A DNA stretch of 63,375 nt, filler included, from Hyphochytrium catenoides (lineage: Eukaryota > Protista > Hyphochytriomycota), in the NCBI GenBank assembly GCA_900088475.1. It is 6 parts of 6 records of this genome, joined end to end, with 100 filler letters (N's around TTAATTAATTAA, not from the genome) between each part and the next. Parts side by side here need not be neighbours in the genome. Positions count along the whole stretch, not along the records: positions 46,975 to 54,531 come from FLMG01003838.1; positions 54,632 to 63,375 come from FLMG01003859.1; 4 more parts are not named here. One strand, 5' to 3'. This document shows positions 50,549 to 63,375 of the stretch, piece after piece. The translations under genes were made by a program, and so were the position numbers. The notes under the pieces are model-generated. The model was not told the DNA's origin, did no database searches, and was given only the letters and a program-made list of their open reading frames with translations. Numbering within the stretch: the first letter of the stretch is position 1; every line of letters begins with the position of its first letter.

Positions 50549-50965
50549 TCATCTCTCTCCCCCACTCTACTTTTCTCTTGCGCTCTACCTCTGTCCTCTC
50601 CCCGAAAGTATTTCTCTCTCCTCTCTCACACTAGCACGGTTTCTGCTACTTTGCTCTCCCTTTCATGCTCCTACCTGAAGCAGACTCTGGCTCATAGCCA
50701 AAGCTGGGCAACGCTCTCTTCTTTAGAGCACTTGAGAATGATTCGCCCTTCTTTTCTAGAAGTCCCCAGTCTTTTCTCTCTTCTCTCTCTCTCCTAGCTT
50801 CTCTCTCCTCTTCTCCGTCATCTAACTGCCCTAAACTTTCCAAGATCGCCTGTTCGGCTGCCTCCAGAGAGTCAATTTGTTTCTCAAAGACTGGATGAGG
50901 AGATGGAATCTTAGTGACACAGACATACACACATACATATACATTGAGATAAACGACAGCGCAGC

Positions 50966-51006
<41 letters not shown>

Positions 51007-51654
51007 AGAGAGAGAAAGAGAGTGCCAGGACAAGGAGACAGGGGGAGAGAGAAAGGACGGAAAAGGCAGACTTTGAGTTGCTGTAGGACCAGAAGAAGAA
51101 AGAGTGAGAAGCCCTGGCTACTCTTGCACTATGGAAAAGAGGGAAAGGAAGAGAGGAGAAGGAAGAGAGGAGAAGGAAGAGAGGGAAGAGAAAGAGAGAG
51201 GAAGGAAAAGAGAGAATGAGAGAGTCTTGGGGTTTGCCTAATGAGCTAGAGAAGAAAAGAAAGTGATGAACATGACCGAATGAAGGAACAGCGAAGGCAG
51301 AGGTTTTCAAAGGCAAAACAAGAGAGGTCCACTCACCGTCGGGCGGAATCTCCTTTACGAGTGTGATCTCTCTCTCCTCTTCTGGACGCTCTCCTTCTTT
51401 CTCTTCTCCCTCTCCACCCCTATTCTCTCTCTCTTCCTGCCTCAGTTTCTCTATCTCCTCTTCCAGCTGTGATGCCGCTTTCTCGGTGCTCTTAGAATAG
51501 CTCTGCTTGGACTTGAGATACTCTAAGAGCTTCTCTTTTTCTAAGATCAGACGCTTTCTATGGAGACGAAATGGGCGAAACATGAGAATGGACTACGGGC
51601 CAGAGAGAGAGAGAGAGAGTGACAAAGAAAGAGAGAAGGAGCGAAAGAGAGACG

Positions 51655-51730
<76 letters not shown>

Positions 51731-52431
51731 AAGACAGAAAGAGAGATGAAAAGAAGCGAGAGGAGAGAACGAGAAAGACTGTGGAAGGAGAAAAGAGAGA
51801 GAAGGAGCGAACCTAGCTAGAGCTTCTTGGAGAGCTTTGGCCTTTGATACTCTAAGCTCTGTCTCTCTTCTGAGCTCTTTCTCCTTCTTCTTTCTCTCTT
51901 TCTCCTAGAGAGAGAGACCACGTTAAGCAGTGCTGCGTCCATTTACATGGCACACTCTCTGGCATCTGCCGCCCGCTCTAGTCCCTCCTCTGCCTTCATT
52001 TCTGGTCTTTCTCTCTCTGTCCTATCTGTCTGTCTCTCCCTCTGCTTGCGCTCCCGCGCTGTATCTGCTTACATCGCTCTCTCCTATCCTCTCTCCGTAA
52101 CCAGCCTCTCTCTCACTTCCTTTTCCTCTTTTTTATACTCTTTTCTTCGCCTTCATCCATTTCTCTTCTGAGTTCGCACCTGCTGCTCATCAACTTGGAT
52201 CCTTGCTAGCCGCTCCTCCAGAAACCTCCTTTCCTCTCTCTCTCTCTCCTCCTCGCTCTTCCTCCTGTCCTCTAAAACCCTAAGACAGGAGGAAAGCCGA
52301 TAGTGAGGGAATTGAGAGGAAGATGGGGAGAGAGAGAGAGAGGGAGAGCGAGAGAGAGAGAGCGAGAGAGAGAGCGAGAGAGAGAGAGAGAGAGAGAGNN
52401 NNNNNNNNNNNNNNNNNNNTAGAGAAGAGCA

Positions 52432-52468
<37 letters not shown>

Positions 52469-53627
52469 CGAGTGAGAGACAGAGAGAGAGAGAGCGCGGC
52501 CTGCGAGCAAGAGAGAGAATGTGATGGCAGCAACGCTACACGTGGAGAAATATGTCTGTGCCGTACTTCTTCACCCTCTTGACGGTATCTTTCCTCAGCT
52601 TGAGCGCTTTCCCTCTCTTCTGTCTCTCCACCTGCTCCTGCAGTTCTCTCTCTTTCTGATATTCCAAGGAAGAATGTAAAGAAGAGAGGAACAACTCCAC
52701 GTGAGATAATAGGCTACCGACGCAGAAGGAACTTTGTATGGCAACACAAGAGAAGAAAGAAAGGCCATGAACAAAAGTGAAGGAGACAGAAAAGAAAGTA
52801 AAGAGAGAAAGAGCAATAAATGGAAGGGAAGGAAGAAATGTGGAGAGAGAGAGAGAGAGAGAGCAAATGGGAGAAAGGGAAGAATGTGTGTGTGCGTTTG
52901 GAGAGAGAGAGAAAGAGAGAGAGGAAGTGGATATGCCTACTTCTTCTTGATCGCGTTGGGCCGCCTGCTGTGCTCTTTTGTGCGCCAGGAGCCTCTGCCG
53001 CGCTAGCTCTGCCTGTTGCAGGACAAACTCTTCTGCCTCTCTCTTTCTCTCTTCTTCCTCCTCCGCTTTCCTCTTCCGCTCTATTGCCATTGCTCTTTCA
53101 GCTTCTTCTCTTTCCGCTTCTTTCGCAGCCAAGCGGGCTGCTGTTCTTTCCAGACCTTGCTTTACTTTTTCTCTGACAGGAGAGAATAGAGAGAGAGAGG
53201 GAGGAAGGAAAGAGCAGCTTATTACTCGCTGGGTAGACGCAAGGAGGCTTCTTCTCTCTCTCCCTCCAATCTCTAGCGTTTTTCTGTCTTCCTCCCTTTT
53301 CGCTGGTTGTCTTGATTTTCTGTTTCTTTCCTCTTCCCTTTCTCGCTCTCTCCCCCTCTTTCTCTCCGTAACTGGCTCTCAGTCTGTCTGTCTGTCTCCT
53401 TCTCTCCTACTCCCACGTTCCCTTGCTAATCGTAACTTCACCTGTTTCTCTCTTCTTTCAGCTTTATCTCTCTCTCTTTCTCTCTCCTCTCTGCCTCAAG
53501 CTTCTCTGCTTTCGCTCTGGCTTCCTCCTTAGTCCGCGGCAGGAGGTCACAGTGGCTCTCAAAGTGCTTGAGAGTGTCGACCAAGATGGGAGGCTAGCCA
53601 CAAAGCGGGAGAGACAAGAGTCAAATA

Positions 53628-53662
<35 letters not shown>

Positions 53663-54480
53663 GAGAAAAAGGGGAAAGACAGTGACATAGAGGAGGAAGA
53701 ATAGAGACAGATAACATCGCGACTACCGATAGGAGTTAAGGAAGACAGAGACAAAGAGGGAGAGACACAGAGAGCAAGACGCACCCAGAAAGATTAACAA
53801 GAAGCAGAGGGAGAAGGAAAAAGACAAAGAGAGAGACACACGAAGAGAGAGAAGCGAAGAGGCACAATTGTCTCACTTTATAGTTGTCAGATCTCCTTCC
53901 TCCACTCGTGCTTGAAGAGGATATCTTGGATGATCTCTTCCCTTCTCCTTCTCCATCTTCATCAGGCACTTCGATGGTAGGAGGAGGACGAGAAGGAGAG
54001 GAAGAAGAACTAGAAGAGAGAGTTAGAGCGAGAGAGAGAGAGAGAGATGGTTCTGAAGAGGGAGGAGAGAGGAGTGAGGCAGAAGAGGGCACGCGAGTAG
54101 GGGAAGGAATCTTTGTAGGAGAGACTGAGGATGTCCGCGGTGGAGAAGGAGAGAGAGAGAACTGCAATGGAGGGGAGAGGAGTTTGCTAGGAGAGAGAGA
54201 CGGGCGAGTTGCCGCCAGTCTTTCTCTCTTCTTGATATTTGTGCTGTCTTGCGTGCTCTTTCCTTGCGCTGCGTTGGCGGACAGAGAAAGAGACTCTCTC
54301 TCTTGATCTCTTGCAATTCTCTTCTCTCTCTTCGGCAAGGGGACTGATATAAAGACGGGAAGCTGTAACTCTGTCTCTCCTCTAAAATCCTCGGTCAGCT
54401 GAATGCAGGAGGCGGAGAACTCTCCCTTCTCAGGCTCTACGCTGTAGACTTCGCCCGCTAGACGAAGTTTGGAGCCTCTG
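48636..54480 (-). CDS. Large multi-exon Ser/Pro-rich and E/R/K coiled-coil hypothetical protein, 5'-truncated
   Basis: Open exons (GSKLRLAGEVYSVE.., AAKEAEREEAERA.., LILEKEKLLEYLK.., KVPVWKLPPVPVKP) bounded by GT-AG introns that are CT-rich on the minus strand. No family recognised. Confidence 0.6.
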
Positions 54481-54495
54481 CCGCATGTGGAGAGG

Positions 54496-54531
<36 letters not shown>

Positions 54532-54909
54532 NNNNNNNNNNNNNNNNNNNNNNNNNNNNNNNNNNNNNNNNNNNNTTAATTAATTAANNNNNNNNNNNNN
54601 NNNNNNNNNNNNNNNNNNNNNNNNNNNNNNNGAGCGCCTTCTCTCTCTTCCTCATCTTTCTCCGCCCTCGGCGCCCCAGCGCCCCGACCCCGCCGACCAA
54701 ATATGTGGTATAAACAAATACTACCATAAATTAAACGTTTGATTTGACAACGGTAACGTATATAAGTAGCTCTCTTCCCGTTGTTACCCATATCCGGTAT
54801 ATAACAGGGTAGATAACGCCAGCCAAATGATAGATACCATGCCGCTTTCCGCACCTCTCTTTCCCTTCCTGCTCCTTCGCCGCATGAGAGTTTAACCCCC
54901 AGAACATTG

Positions 54910-54943
<34 letters not shown>

Positions 54944-54952
54944 TTCTCTCTC

Positions 54953-55002
<50 letters not shown>

Positions 55003-55274
55003 CCCAGCATTTTCTGTACTTTTCTGCGGCTGTGTAGAACTACAGCACAGCGGAGACAGAATCTGAAGGCCTTATGTGGAGAGTCTTTGAAGCTTTTTTT
55101 GCCGCATGGACTGTCATTCCTTCTTTCTCTCTCTCGTTCTTTCTCTCTCTTTCTCTTTTTCTCTCTCTCCTTTTATTGAGAACGCCGCCGCAAGCGTGGA
55201 CGGCAGGGGGAGGGAGGGAGGAGAGGGAGGAGAGAGAAGGAGAGAGTTGAGAGAGAGAGAGAAAGAAAGGGAGG

Positions 55275-55308
<34 letters not shown>

Positions 55309-56669
55309 ATGAAGGAGCAGCGGACGCGGTGTTCGTTCTCAAGGTGTGGCCGCCCACAAGGCGCCGAAGTATACAAACTTCCATATACTTCTTTCGGGCA
55401 CTTTCTGGTATTCTCAGAGAAGAGATATCCAAGAGAGAGAGAGGAGGAGTAGAAGAGCCATCAAGGATTGTTGTAATCCAGCAACTGCGCGCCCTATTAT
55501 TACTCTCAACCTGCCATACCAGTGTCTAATTCTAGCGGCAGGCAGTATCTTACCTATTACTAATACCACACCCAGCCAGTTACCTGCTTAGTAAGAGCAG
55601 TAATACAAATTATTCCTATGGAGAGAGCCCTGGACCTACTAAATAATAGTGTCACAATCTGCCAAAGTGTAAAGGCTGTTCTCCCTGTCTCGCTCCACTC
55701 ACAGACTTACAGAAAGATCATACTAAACTTCGAATCACTCATCCATATCAAGCGGTAACTGATTCTTCTAGACTACTTACGAGACTTCTCTAGTAATCAA
55801 ATACTAACATATTTGATTTTTTCGATCTGATAAAGCGGTGATCGGTGATGCGGCGCTGGCTCGGCGCCCAAGATGAAGAAAAGAATGCGCTTCACAGAGA
55901 TCTCTCATTGAAAGGCAGAGCTCCAGTTGTTGCTCGTTTGACCGCTGTCTAATGCTGAGAATCAATCTATCCAGGGCGCGTCCGTGGCAGACTAGCGACA
56001 CTCTATCAAGCAAAGTAAGGAGAGGTATACCTTCAAGAAACATTACCTTCACGGGTGCCAAGAGCTGACGCAGCCCCCTGCGAGAGGTCTGAAGCTTAGA
56101 GGACTTGATCTTCCTACTACTGGCAGTCAGGCACAATGCGTGCAGTGAGATAATAGCAATAGGAGGGATTGTTTTATAAATTGGATAAGCAGAGAAGATA
56201 TTTCACTTAGACCCCAATGTACCCTTCTTGAGAATGGACTCTCAGAAACGTCAGTGTTGAAGAGGCAACTCAATGCAAGAGCTATGTGCTCCCACAATTA
56301 TTGCGTTATAATATTGGCATCTATGGCTTGGAAATTCTAGCCCACAACCCTCATACTGATACTGAGAAGCCTAGGCGTGCAATCCCAAATGCTCTCTGTA
56401 AGCTTTCAAGACCTGGCCAAGCTTCCTCGCTCTTGATAGTAATGAGATGCACTGGTCTTTGGCCACTCATGGTTTGTCACGCCCTTCAACTGCCTGCCAA
56501 GTTAGAGTCCTGAGTCTTTAGAGTGTGCGCGTCTGTCAAGCCTCTTATAGCTACATCCTTTTGGAACACTGCAGTTTCTGATGTTGGGGTGGCCGATCTG
56601 TTCATAGTCCTGAGATGAGGTTATTAGCCTATCGATGCAACCATTAAGCACCTTTCCCATCAAAAGCTC

Positions 56670-58465
56670 TCATACGTCGCTCTGGTAGAGATCAGAGCCC
56701 TGGGGCACCTTTGGCCCAACCGGAGAGAGAAGAGCCGGGTTCTCAGCAATCTCAAAGTGATACTTCTCAGAAAACTCGGAAGGTAACCGAGAGTTGTCCA
56801 CCACCCGCAACCCCTTGATCACCACGTCCGCGGTGTGTCGGAACCGAGCTGCTAGCCACGTCATGGTGCGTCGTTGAGTGCCTACGCCGGAGAACACTAG
56901 GTATCGAAGGACCAAGATCCCATTCTGCACCAGGATGAGAGTCAGGAGCTTGTCTCCGTCTGACATGGAGAGAAGCAACGGCGTCTCGGAGATGAAGAGG
57001 ACCAGAGCTGTGATAGATGATATTAAGGGACAAACCATCGCAAAGACCCGCGTCCGGCAGATTGACAGGGGGTGGCATCGAGAGAGAGAGAGCAGCGACA
57101 TAGGAAAGAGAGAGAGAGACGGACCAGTGGTTAGTCCTTTGTCCCTGCGCTCATGGAGGAGCTATGAATGGAAAGAGGTACAAGTGATCGAAAGGAGACG
57201 GCAGCTATTTCCCACTTTAGCAAGTTGATTTGCCCAAGCAAAAGGGATGATACGAGGCTGGGATGGCATGAAGGAAACCTTACCAGTATTGGTAAAGATA
57301 CCAATGAAGCTGATGATCTCAAAGAAGACAAGGTACGGCCCAATATCTGTCCCGGGAGACGGCTGGGGCCGTTGTAGACGTCCACACAGCTTAAAGCCAT
57401 CCACGTGCTTGTCCACGAGAGAGGCCACCATCGCAAGAAGTGGCAAGAGAGGATTGGTTACCACGAACATTGTGACGTAGCCGAAGGAGAGGATGAGCTG
57501 GGTGAAGTCAATAATAAGATCCAGCTCGTTGTAAGTCTTGAGGGCGTACTGGCGGGAGAGATCCGGAAGGATCAAAAGGAGAGGAACACGAAGGGATAGG
57601 GACGGAGAAGGGGCAGAGAGAGGTATATATATATAGAGAGAGAGAGAAGAGAGAGAGATAAGTTTGAGGGGAAAGCAGGGAGATCGTAAGCTTGGAATTG
57701 TACTGCTGATCAATGTGTTATGAAGAGTGGCAAGGAGACTAAACATAACGCAGAACGCAGAGTGAGAAGAATAAGTTCCCAGACACCAAAGACAAAGGCA
57801 GTCAAGGAAACCCGATAGAACTCGAGGTAAGGGCCACGGCAAGAACCTGAAGCTCTGACTGGTTTATCGGTCCCTTCAGCATCGGTTGCTTGCGTCTAGA
57901 GTAACGCTGCCAAACAACGTTGAACGCCCAGGTCATGTAAGGAACTCCGATCTTTATCACTGTCTTGATCACCTAGCAGGTTCACCAGTGCAATTAGCCC
58001 AGTAGTAAGAAGAAAAGAAGGGGACCAACTCGACGATAGAGGGAAGAAAGAGAGGCGAGGACGATGGGAACAGTGAGAAGAAAAGGAGGAAGGAGAGAAG
58101 GTTGGCAGACAACAGAGAAATCCGAGTGAAGACAAGTCTTCCTCGGCCTGCAGACCTGTCCAGTGATAAATACAGAGCCGACTTGCGCGCCAAGCTGTGA
58201 GAAGCATTCCTCTTTATCATCAGCGTCTAGACAGCCGTAGAAGCCAGAGTAGAAAGGAGTGGTAAAGTTTGCCACGAAATCAAAGAAGAAGATCTTCTGC
58301 GCTAGGGCATTTTCATGGCTCGACTGTGTACGATAGTTCTCCAGCTCGTTGAAGTCTTCGAAACGACGTGAGCAAAGGAGGAAAGGGGGAGTCCGAGTGA
58401 AAGAGAAAGATGGAGGCAGAGGGGGAGAGAGACAGGGCGGAAGGAAGAGAGAAAAAGAGAGAAGA

Positions 58466-58499
<34 letters not shown>

Positions 58500-60972
58500 T
58501 GGGACAGAGCAAGCAAAAGTAAAACAAGAGGGCAAAGAGAAGGAATCGTGTTAGTGTCAGAGACTGGCTTAGCTTCTCTTCAAAGCTTCATTCAGCCCTA
58601 TTCTCTCCGCCTCGGTAGGTACTTACATAGGGCTAGAGCGGTATATATTGCCTTGCATATGGCGATCTGTAGGCCAGTAATGACACCAACCCCTATAGAC
58701 AGACTCAGGTGCACGTCATAGCCATCGAGGTCAAAGTTGGCCGTAAAGTCTTGGCCCAGGGCCGTGATGAGGATAATCTGCCAAGCAAAATGAGAGTAAC
58801 CGGAGGTCAGTTGTCACTTTCAATATAAAGAGAAAGACAGAGCAATCGTATAAGTAAGTCAAAGTCTTAGGAAGTGCAGATAGAAGCGCTAGGCGGAGGC
58901 TGAGACCAGAGACAGACTCACACACAACCGGTCAAGGGTTCAGCATATCAGCCGCAAAGATGATGAGGAACACACCAACAGTTATAGAAGGCAAAGAGGA
59001 GTGAAAACAAGCGGAGAGCGAGCGCAGGATGACGGACCACCAGGCTAGGGGCGAATGAGTAAGACAGCATAAGAAAGGAAGCCAAGAGGATGAGGAATGT
59101 TCGCTTCTTTTTCCCCTCAAAATGATGTCCAGGCAGGACAATCGAGATAGGCAGAACTAGGCTCTGAGGTCAATAATTGAGCAGAGAATGCTGTAGACTC
59201 GGACCTGTATGGCTGCCGTAGCGATGCAGAAAGTTCCCAGCACAATCGAGACAAGGATCTGTCGTTTCCGATGGACGTGGTACTTGGCATACCTAGAACA
59301 AGCACGTTCATCAGTAGGTGGAGAGAGAGAGAACGAGAGAGGAGACAGACGGGCGAGGGACCAATTAGGACGAGATACTCTCCCAATCTTTCACTTTTTT
59401 CATTTGTTTGGTCCGTCTTTGCCCAAGGCCAACGCTATATCATTTCCCTTCTCAGTGTTTATCAGCTCCTTACCAAGCGATGCCCTCGTCAGTGACAGGG
59501 TTCATGGTCACGATGCCTGTAAAGTTGGGCCGCGCCATCTGCAAGATCTCGCTAGTACCTTCCTCCATCTTTGTCGTCCCCCAGAGCAGATCCAAGATCT
59601 GATGCTTCCGACGCCACTACGAGGAAGAGGCGGAATAATGGAAGGGATAAGTGAGAGGAGAGGAGCCACCTCTGAGCCTAATGACAGTGCTAGCAGCACT
59701 TCTTGGTTGCGCTATGAGTCTTTCCACTTGATCTCCGCCACACACTTCATAGCTCACCTACCGATTGCCATCCTTATAGGTTGCGTCCTTTCTCTCTCTC
59801 TTTACATTCTCCATCTTCTACTCTTTGTCGTCCCTGCCCGTCACCGTCTCCTAGCTCTTAAAATCTGGGCTTTTCTTTCCAAACCTCTGTTCCTTATCCC
59901 TCAATTCCTCGTTGTCGGCCGATTTCTCTCTCTTCATCTATTGCCCAGATCTTGTCTGGACCGACAAGGAAGTACTTACAAAGAGCAGGAACATCATCGA
60001 CCAGAAGATGACTAGCCCGGCCAGTGCCAGGAGAAGCCACGAAGAGAATTCAAACTCAGCGTACTGGTCCACAAAGAATACGACGAGGCCAGGCAGCGCA
60101 GGAAAGAGAAGGAAGCGAAAGTAGAATTCTCTGAGAGAGAAATAAAGTGCAATTCTCTTGCCAAAGTAGTCCTTGATGGAGTTTATCGGCGCACTGAGGA
60201 CGCCCTGAGGAACAGAAGAAGGATAAAGTGAGAGAGAAAGATTGAGAGGTTGAGAGTGACAGAGAGATTGAGACGAAGAATAAGGGACATACTATACCCA
60301 GAGACAAGAGAGAGTGAGACGGACAGCAATAATGGGGAAACGAACTAGGAGATGCAGGGAGTTAGAGAGAGGAGAGGTCGTAGCAGTCTGGGTCCAGTCG
60401 GATAGAGCACGGTGCAAGAGGAAGTAGTAGTAGAAGGGCAGCTCGGGTGAGAGAGAACAATCCCTGAACGAAACAACAAGCAATGCGAGAGAGAAAGAGA
60501 AGAAAGACCCAAAACCATAGACAAGCAAGTGGTAGAAAGAGATCTTTGCGCAGTAATAAAGAGAGAAATAGAGAGAGGAAGGAGTGAGAGGGAGAGAGAA
60601 AAAGGGTAGGAGGGATGATGGTGAGAAGGACTTTACCCGCCAAGTCCATATCCAACTCTTCTCAAAGTTTTCTACCATGAGCGGGTCATGAAGAGGAAAA
60701 TAGGCGCGAATGAGCTCTTTCTTTTCCAGCGCCGCAATCCGCAGGTGACGCCGAACTATGCTGTCTACTAGTGTGAGACGATCAGCCTATACGACAGAGA
60801 GAAGAGAACCGCAGTCAGCTCGTGCGAGAGAGGGAGACACCACCATATGGAGATAGAGTCGCATGCATCTAGAAGAGACACAGAAGCAGACTTCATCGGA
60901 GAGCTCAGCCGATGGGAATCCGGACTGAACGACAGAAGCTTAGAAGGAGGACCAATGCGATTTGGAGAGAGG

Positions 60973-61011
<39 letters not shown>

Positions 61012-62018
61012 GCGAGATAAAGTACAAGGCCCCAATGAAGAGAAACGGTTCAAGAGAGCATGACCAACCGGCGTGAAAAGGGTGAATTTCCTCGTTCCTG
61101 AGAGTCGTTCTGAGCTCCCTGTCGTATCTCTCTCTCTCGACGCCCTAACGGAGCTTCTCCTCTTCCTTGGCTGCCACTGCACTGGGTAGCGCCTAAAGAG
61201 AGGTTGCACATCGTGGCTCAGGTGATACTCAGAGTAGGGAGCGACGTAAGCAGCCTCTCCTGGTGAGGTGCAGGTGTGATAGATCCAGAGACGTTGAAAG
61301 AGAGAGTACTTATTACGGACGGTGGTGTCGGAGTAGACGCAGTAAGGACCAGCGTCAATCCTCTCGTCATGACCTGATGGGGCGAAGCGTTAGTAAGAAA
61401 CAGTCGGAGAACAAGAGGAGCATGAGTCAAGAAGAAGGGAGAGGGGGAGAGAGAGAAAGCAAGAGAGAGAGCAGCCTTTCAGACAAGAGACAGTGTTATT
61501 CCAGCTCGTCAAATCTCCGATAGTCCTCTCCCTTGTAATCTAGTTTAAGCTTTGTCACCATTCTTCTCTCTCCTGACCCTTCCCCTCTCTCACATTTGCT
61601 CTCCTTCTCTCTTACCTAGCACTTTGAGCTGGCGAATGAGCATAGGATGGTTGTCCTTGCCAGAGCAGAAGAGGTGCGGGTCTAGCTCAGGCTCTTCGGC
61701 TAGGCCTCCCCTGGCTGTGTAGAGCTTATTCTTCCAATCATCAAACTCTTTTACTCCCACCGACTGCTTGCAGAGCTCCAGAAAGTCTGAAGAGGTACAA
61801 CGGAGAGAGTTATGAGCGCACAGGCAGCGAGCGGGAGAGTGAGGGAGGAAAGAGAAAAGGACAGAGAGAAGATAGAGAAAGAGGTCAAGAAAGGAAAGGA
61901 AAGAGTTCTTAAAGAGGAGAAGATGACTGCAGATGAGCGTCTATATGGCGTCCGAGATAAAAGTCTAGGAGCAAGGGGAGAAGGATGAGAGAGATAGAGT
62001 CTCTATGTGCCAACTTCA

Positions 62019-62055
<37 letters not shown>

Positions 62056-62486
62056 ACGAAGGAGGAGAAAGGGGATGGATAGAGCTGGCAGCACCTGTGT
62101 GTCCCTTGTCAAATGGCTTATTTCTCAGCTGCAGAGGGTAGTTCAGCCGATCTGCCTCGATAGCAAGATCCAGCTCATCTGCACGCACGGAGACAATGAA
62201 GTCTTCCTTGTTCAAGCTCCAAAAGACCTCGCAGGTGAGCCCACACGTGAGCTGCAGTCTGTCAACTACAGCGCGAAGGATGAGGTGAGCGTAGTCGGAA
62301 GCAGAGAGAGCAGTGCGGAGAGAAGGTTCTCGGACACGGATATCTTGTGTCACAAAGCGCAGATATTCTGCTTCGAGGCATTGGATACGCGTCTCCAAAT
62401 CTGCACGCGGATACTAGAGGACAGAGAAAGGGAGATAGTGGGAAACATTTAGATAGATAGAGAGGGAAGAGAAAACAAGAGAGAAG

Positions 62487-62538
<52 letters not shown>

Positions 62539-63341
62539 AAGAAGATTAGAAGCAGAAGGACAGGGAGATTGTCGAGTCGAGAGAGGAAAAGTCTCAAGCG
62601 AAACGAGAAAGTCTGATTGGAAACATAGTACGTTTAGAGAGGAGAAGTCCGTTTACTTCTGCCACGAGAATTAAGGGAAAGCAAGTGCGCGAGAGAGTGA
62701 AAGGCGAAACAAAGAGAGAGAGATATGTAAAAGAGAAGAAGAACAATAAAAGCGAGACGGAGCACGCGTGAAAGAGATGTGAGAGAGGACGGTGACAGAA
62801 ACAAAGAGAGACAGCAGCGGAAGCATCACTGAGAGAGAGAGGACGCCAAGAGATTGCAAAAGAGAAGAGAGAGAGGACCAAGATGAGCGGTGTCTACCTT
62901 ATCAGAGGCCGCCAGCTTCCTCACGATGACATCGTTATGCTCTCCTAAGAAGCAGCGCTCGTCCTTCAGGACCACGTCTCTCTTATGAATCTGAATCTCC
63001 TTTCCCGCCTCTTTCTCCATCTGATCTTCCAGGCTAATGCCCAAGAAATGCTCAATAAAGTGCTCGACCGTGAACTCCTCTTTATCAGTCAACAACGGCC
63101 GCCCGGTCTGCTCTGCATAGGACGGCGTTGTGGCGGAGCCTGAAGATTTGACTGTCACCGGCTTGCGCGGATTGAATTGCGCCGTGGCTGGGAGGACAAG
63201 GACGTAGTCCCAGTGGTAGCTCTTGTCCAGCTCATCGTTTATCACTTCTCCTAAGTGCGTGAGCAGCTTGAAGTCCGTGTCCGAGGAGTAGAAGAACGGG
63301 GTGCTTTTGCCGCTGGCACGCCTCGGCAGGGCTCGCGCCAT
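56670..63341 (-). CDS. Anoctamin/TMEM16 family channel or scramblase, multi-exon
   Basis: WDYVLV, YFPLHD, IKDYFGKRIALYF, ENYRTQSSHENALAQKIFFFDFV, C..QL, FGYVTMF..PLLPL..VDGFKLC..QRP...DIG. Confidence 0.93.
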
Positions 63342-63375
63342 CGTGCTAATGATTTCTCTCTCTCTCTCTCTCTCT

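Noticed and set aside
264-63341. TRP channel plus anoctamin as a Ca2+-signalling cluster
   Set aside because: They lie on different pieces joined by artificial linkers.

Overview
Eukaryotic, intron-rich nuclear DNA, probably from a stramenopile (inferred from the TM9SF motif RYNRVPTEEERAEEKEESGWKLVHADVFRPP and the diatom-like subtilisin). The window is not one continuous locus. Five artificial 100-bp linkers (44 N + TTAATTAATTAA + 44 N, at 21838, 24217, 30514, 46875 and 54532) join six separate pieces, so adjacency across them means nothing. Recognisable genes: an ankyrin-repeat TRP-type channel (+), a V-ATPase Ac45/Voa1-like subunit (-), an intronless secreted subtilisin (-), a Pro/Gly-rich fragment (-), TM9SF/EMP70 (-), tRNA-Ala(TGC), an intronless kelch protein (+), QTRT2 (-), a tandem tRNA-Ile(AAT) array whose third copy is cut after the anticodon loop, a DOT1-like methyltransferase fragment (-), a long coiled-coil protein (-) and an anoctamin/TMEM16 (-). 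About 14.2-27.8 kb lacks microsatellites and holds mobile or decayed DNA: an organellar LSU rRNA fragment (likely a NUMT), a degenerate APE-RT-RNase H LINE carrying a 323-bp solo LTR with a perfect TSD, and an apparently intact chromodomain Ty3/Gypsy element with a 110-bp LTR. No clear novel multi-gene system is demonstrable. The best leads are the interrupted tRNA junction, altered gate or Ca2+-site residues in the two channels, the very short LTR, and a strand-polarised (CT)n intron / GA-rich exon pattern. All exon models were spliced by eye and family calls come from motif recognition, not database searches.
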